Of a stretch of DNA of 64,000 nt, positions 60,329 to 64,000 are shown one piece after another. The DNA comes from Pseudovirgaria hyperparasitica. Taxonomy: Eukaryota. Both the position numbers and the translations under genes were made by a program. Each line of letters begins with the position of its first letter. Position 1 is the first letter of the stretch. The stretch is taken from NCBI GenBank assembly GCA_010093815.1, contig ML996567.1, one strand, 5' to 3'. The notes under the pieces are model-generated. The model searched no databases and was not told the origin of the DNA. It saw nothing but the letters and a program-made list of their open reading frames with translations.

Positions 60329-61040
60329 GTTAAGATTATTATTAATTTATATAGATTATTACGAATTATATTATTACTAGCTAAGGACGGCACGAAAATT
60401 AGTAAATTGCGTAAATCGCACTAAATTATAGTAAATCTATATAAATCTATATCTATAAGGATCGGGTGATATATCTAATAATCTAAAAAACTCTATAAAG
60501 AGTTAAGAAGTTTTTTAAAGAAAGGAATATTTCTAAGAAAAGATTTTAATATAGGTAGCACCCGGGCTTACCTAATTATATTACGTGATACGCTAGGCCT
60601 AATTAGGTAATCTCACCTATGTAAGAAGTTAAGATGGATAAAATTTGGTTTATTAGGAAAACGCTTATATAAATCTTAGATCGGCGAATATTAGTAAGTA
60701 TCTAAGACGAAGCGTAGAGAACGACTAAGGTCTTACGAGACTTAGGATAGGGATATAGAGATAGATAATAATCTAGGTCGCTAAGGGTAGCTTCCTAGAG
60801 GGAAGGGATAATTATTAGGACTTAGCCTTAGGTAGGACCCGACCTACACGTACCTTAGCTAATAGGGTTAGGAGATAATATAAAGGGCGGTAAATAGTTA
60901 CGTACTAGATAGATCGGCGTCCCTTTATATATATACTCTCGGATTCCTACTAAAAGGGTTCGGTAGTAATTCGTTCTATGATAGAATACACCCTATTGTT
61001 CTATCTAACTACACTACTATCCAATAACCCTATTCTTATA

Positions 61041-64000
61041 ATATTAGTCTATTCTAGACTCTTCTATATTATTCTATTATGGTATATCGCGTCGCGTTCC
61101 TAAAATGGTTATTTACGCTTTCTTTGCGTCTAGTAACCGTATAACGCTTAAATTATAGGGCTACTATATAGAGTTTTCCTAGTGCGCGTCTAGATTTCCT
61201 AGTTTAGCACTTTATTCTCTACGGTATCCTTCTTCTTTTTACGACGACCGCGATATTACTATACTTATATTAATAATACGCTATTCTATATCTTTTACTT
61301 ATACGTAGTTATTATAGAACTTAAGATATATACCGCTAGTTCCTAGGTGTCCTTGTCCTTAGTATAGTCCTTCTAATAGATTCTATATTTCTAAATACCG
61401 TCTTTATTAATCCTATGTTTAATAATATAGTCTACTTCGAACACGTCTAGTCTATCTTAGGGTATAATAGAGTGTAACTATACGTTCATGCGGCCATACA
61501 CGTTAGATCGAAATCTTTCGAGTAGTAAGACGTGGAACATATTATAGATTCTTATATTACTTTCTAAGTCGAGCTCGTAGACTCTTATACTAATATAACG
61601 TTTGATTCGGAAGGGACTAGCCATTTTATAATCGAGCTTCTTATTTACTCGCGATGTTCGTATATTACGGACGTTAAGAAGGACCTCGTCGCCCTCCTTA
61701 TACGTCTAATCCTTAGCTAACCTATTATAGTACTTCGTATACGAGTTATTTACTTATTAGATTATAGCGCGATAGTTACGTACGGTTTCGAAGATTTTAA
61801 TCGCTAATTTCTAAGCGTGGACGTTCACGTCTATTATTCGATTAAATTAGACCGTCTAAGGCTTAAAACCTATCCTTAGACTACGTCCGAGATTCGCCTA
61901 GAAAGGTATAATATCTATTATACTATAACGACTATTATTATATACGAACTCTACTATACTTAGTAGAGAGGCCTAGTCGTCCTACTCGAAATTATAGAAT
62001 ACATGTAGATAGGCCTCGAGCGTCTAGTTCTATCGCTCTATCTAGCTATCCATCTAAGGATGAAATACTATGGATATATTTCTATTTATACTTACTATTT
62101 CGTAGAATAACGTCTAGAATTTAGACGTGAAGGTACTTCCTCGGTCTATAACGATCCTTTTTAGTATACTATAGACCTTAATAATCTCGTTCTAGAACAC
62201 CTACGCTAGTTCTTTGGATATAATCGTCTTCTACACCGAGATATACCTAGATATCTTTATAAGTCTATCTACGATAGTAAGAATAGAATTATAACTTATT
62301 CTAAGTATCTCGCTTAGAGGTAAGTTAACTATAAAGTCTATAGTAACGTCTTCCTATATAAAGAGGGGGGCTAAAAGAGGCTATAAATTCCTATATGGCT
62401 TATGCCTAGGGGCCTTCATTCTTTAATAAATCGGATAAGTAGCTATCTATTCTTTAACGTACTTAGGTATATCTTCCTAAAAATAGTACTAACGAATTAA
62501 GCTTAGGGTATGTACATACCTAAAGTGTCCTACTAGGTTAGCGTTATAGTATCGGCTAACTATATTAAATCGCGTGTTACCCGTTAGTATATAGTACTTT
62601 CTATTATAGTAAAGTAAGCCGTCTACGAAGGTCTACTTATAGTCTACTTTAGTCCGTAATAACCTATCTTACTATATTTTATATAACTTTAAAACTATCG
62701 GGTCTATCTTCTATAGATCCATGATTAACTAGACGAGGTTAATTAGATATTCATGCTAGATATTATCGCCCTTCCCGACAGCGCTAATAAACGGTCTACT
62801 AGGGACTTTAGTACCGCGTCTTTAGTTACCGGCTTTAGTCTTAGAGATTTAATTACCGGTATCGACGTTAGTATCTCGCTAATCGCCTAATAACTTAAAA
62901 TCTAACCTCGTCCTTAAGAGTTGGGCCTATAGCTACTCTAGGACCCTATAGCTACTATAATTCTAGGCGCCTTCTTTATAGTTAGGTCTTCTTAATATTC
63001 TATTAGCTAGATTTATACTTCTAGATTAATAGTAGATTATAAAGTAAAAGTTTATAAGCTACTTAGCCTATTAGACCTATTAACGGTTTAAAACTATCGT
63101 GCTTATAAACCCCTTTAAGTTATAGTAATTAGTTAGTAACTCAACGTTATATATGGTACCTTTAAGATAATATCGCTACTATTTAAACGACTCTACTATT
63201 ACTAGTAGCTCTTGGTTATAGATAGTATATCTAGTCTTAATATCGACTATTTTACGTGAGAAGAACGTAACTAGATACTATTAGACCTTTTTAGACTTAG
63301 TTAGTCTAGGCTAGGAGAGAATGTCTAAGATTATAAATTCTAACGCGTCGGTTTCGACGTGGATAGGTTTAGTTAGGTCGAAGTATACTAGCAATAGGGC
63401 AGTTATAAATGCCTCTTTAATTTTCTTAAAGGAGGCCCTTTCGCCTTCTAATAATTCTATAGGCTATAATTTAATATTATACTATTTCTATCTACCGCGG
63501 ACCGTAATAGACGAATCTATAGTAGTAGTACGCGCGTTAAGCGGTGCTACTAGCCAGGAGAAATACTTAATAAATTTTCGGTAGTAATTAGCGAATCTAA
63601 TAAAGACACGTATATCTTAAACCGATTTTAGTTTAGGCTAGTCCACGATAGTAGCGACCCTATTCCTTTCTATAGTTATACCTTAATTAGTAATAACGAA
63701 GCTAAGGAAGTTAATATAGTCCTAGTGGAACTTACATTTAGATAGCTTAATATATAGCTTATATTTTTCTAGCCTATCTAGGACTACGCGTACGTGCTAG
63801 ATATGTTCTTCTTTATTATTAGAGAAGATAAGAATGTTATCGAGGTATACGATGCACGTTATATTAAGTAGACCTACTAGCGCGTTATTAATATACGCTT
63901 AGAAGGTTCCTAGCGCGTTAGTTAGTCTAAAAGGGACTACTATATACTCGAAGTATCCATAACGGGTCCTAAACGCCGTTTTCTACTTATCGCCCTTCTT
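61041..64000 (-). mobile_element. Third family A-like Gypsy copy (chromodomain, integrase, RNase H, RT), runs off the window
   Basis: Colinear with about 50949-50988 plus 51574-54470, without the TRIM. Shows some non-RIP substitutions and an 18-bp insertion near 62935, so probably a sister subfamily. Confidence 0.9.

Larger units (their letters stand above)
45076..61040 (+). mobile_element. Chromoviral Ty3/Gypsy family C element, RIP-inactivated, interrupted in RNase H by family A
   Basis: 228-bp LTRs at 45076-45303 and 60813-61040. PPT AGAGGGAAGGGATAAT before the 3' LTR. Protease ALVDT ~46790, RT YRALN ~47521 and YL(D)D ~47810, integrase MDFIIDLP (57828), chromodomain YEV..I...Y.IH(W)KGY...DT(W)EP ~58722-58826. 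Confidence 0.92.

Overview
Filamentous-ascomycete genomic window. A gene island (about 4.0-42.5 kb) is flanked by AT-rich, RIP-mutated (TpA-rich, CpA/TpG-depleted) nested transposon blocks at 1-3.8 kb and 42.6-64 kb. The island holds a frameshifted HAD hydrolase, an RTA1-like protein, a Sec7/PH Arf-GEF, a HAD-like dehalogenase, RecQ/SGS1, a PLP decarboxylase, HSP12, FIG1, COG3, an FMP25-like protein, a tRNA-like locus, a PRM10-like protein and a broken APH-like kinase. The right block resolves into a MITE, a truncated Copia, a chromoviral Gypsy 'family C' (45076-61040), a full-length chromoviral Gypsy 'family A' nested in it (48527-57103, TTACG target-site duplication, TSD), a 580-bp self-priming TRIM nested in that (50989-51568, ATTAT TSD) and a further A-like copy. 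Main observation: both Gypsy families carry, between the chromodomain and the 3' LTR, an antisense four-exon gene. The two genes have the same intron phases (0/2/0), a probable ~190-nt 5'UTR intron, a reconstructed Zn-cluster-like Cys motif ending two codons before intron 1, and a C-terminal coiled-coil-like segment. All calls were made by eye, and protein reconstruction through RIP mutations is inference.
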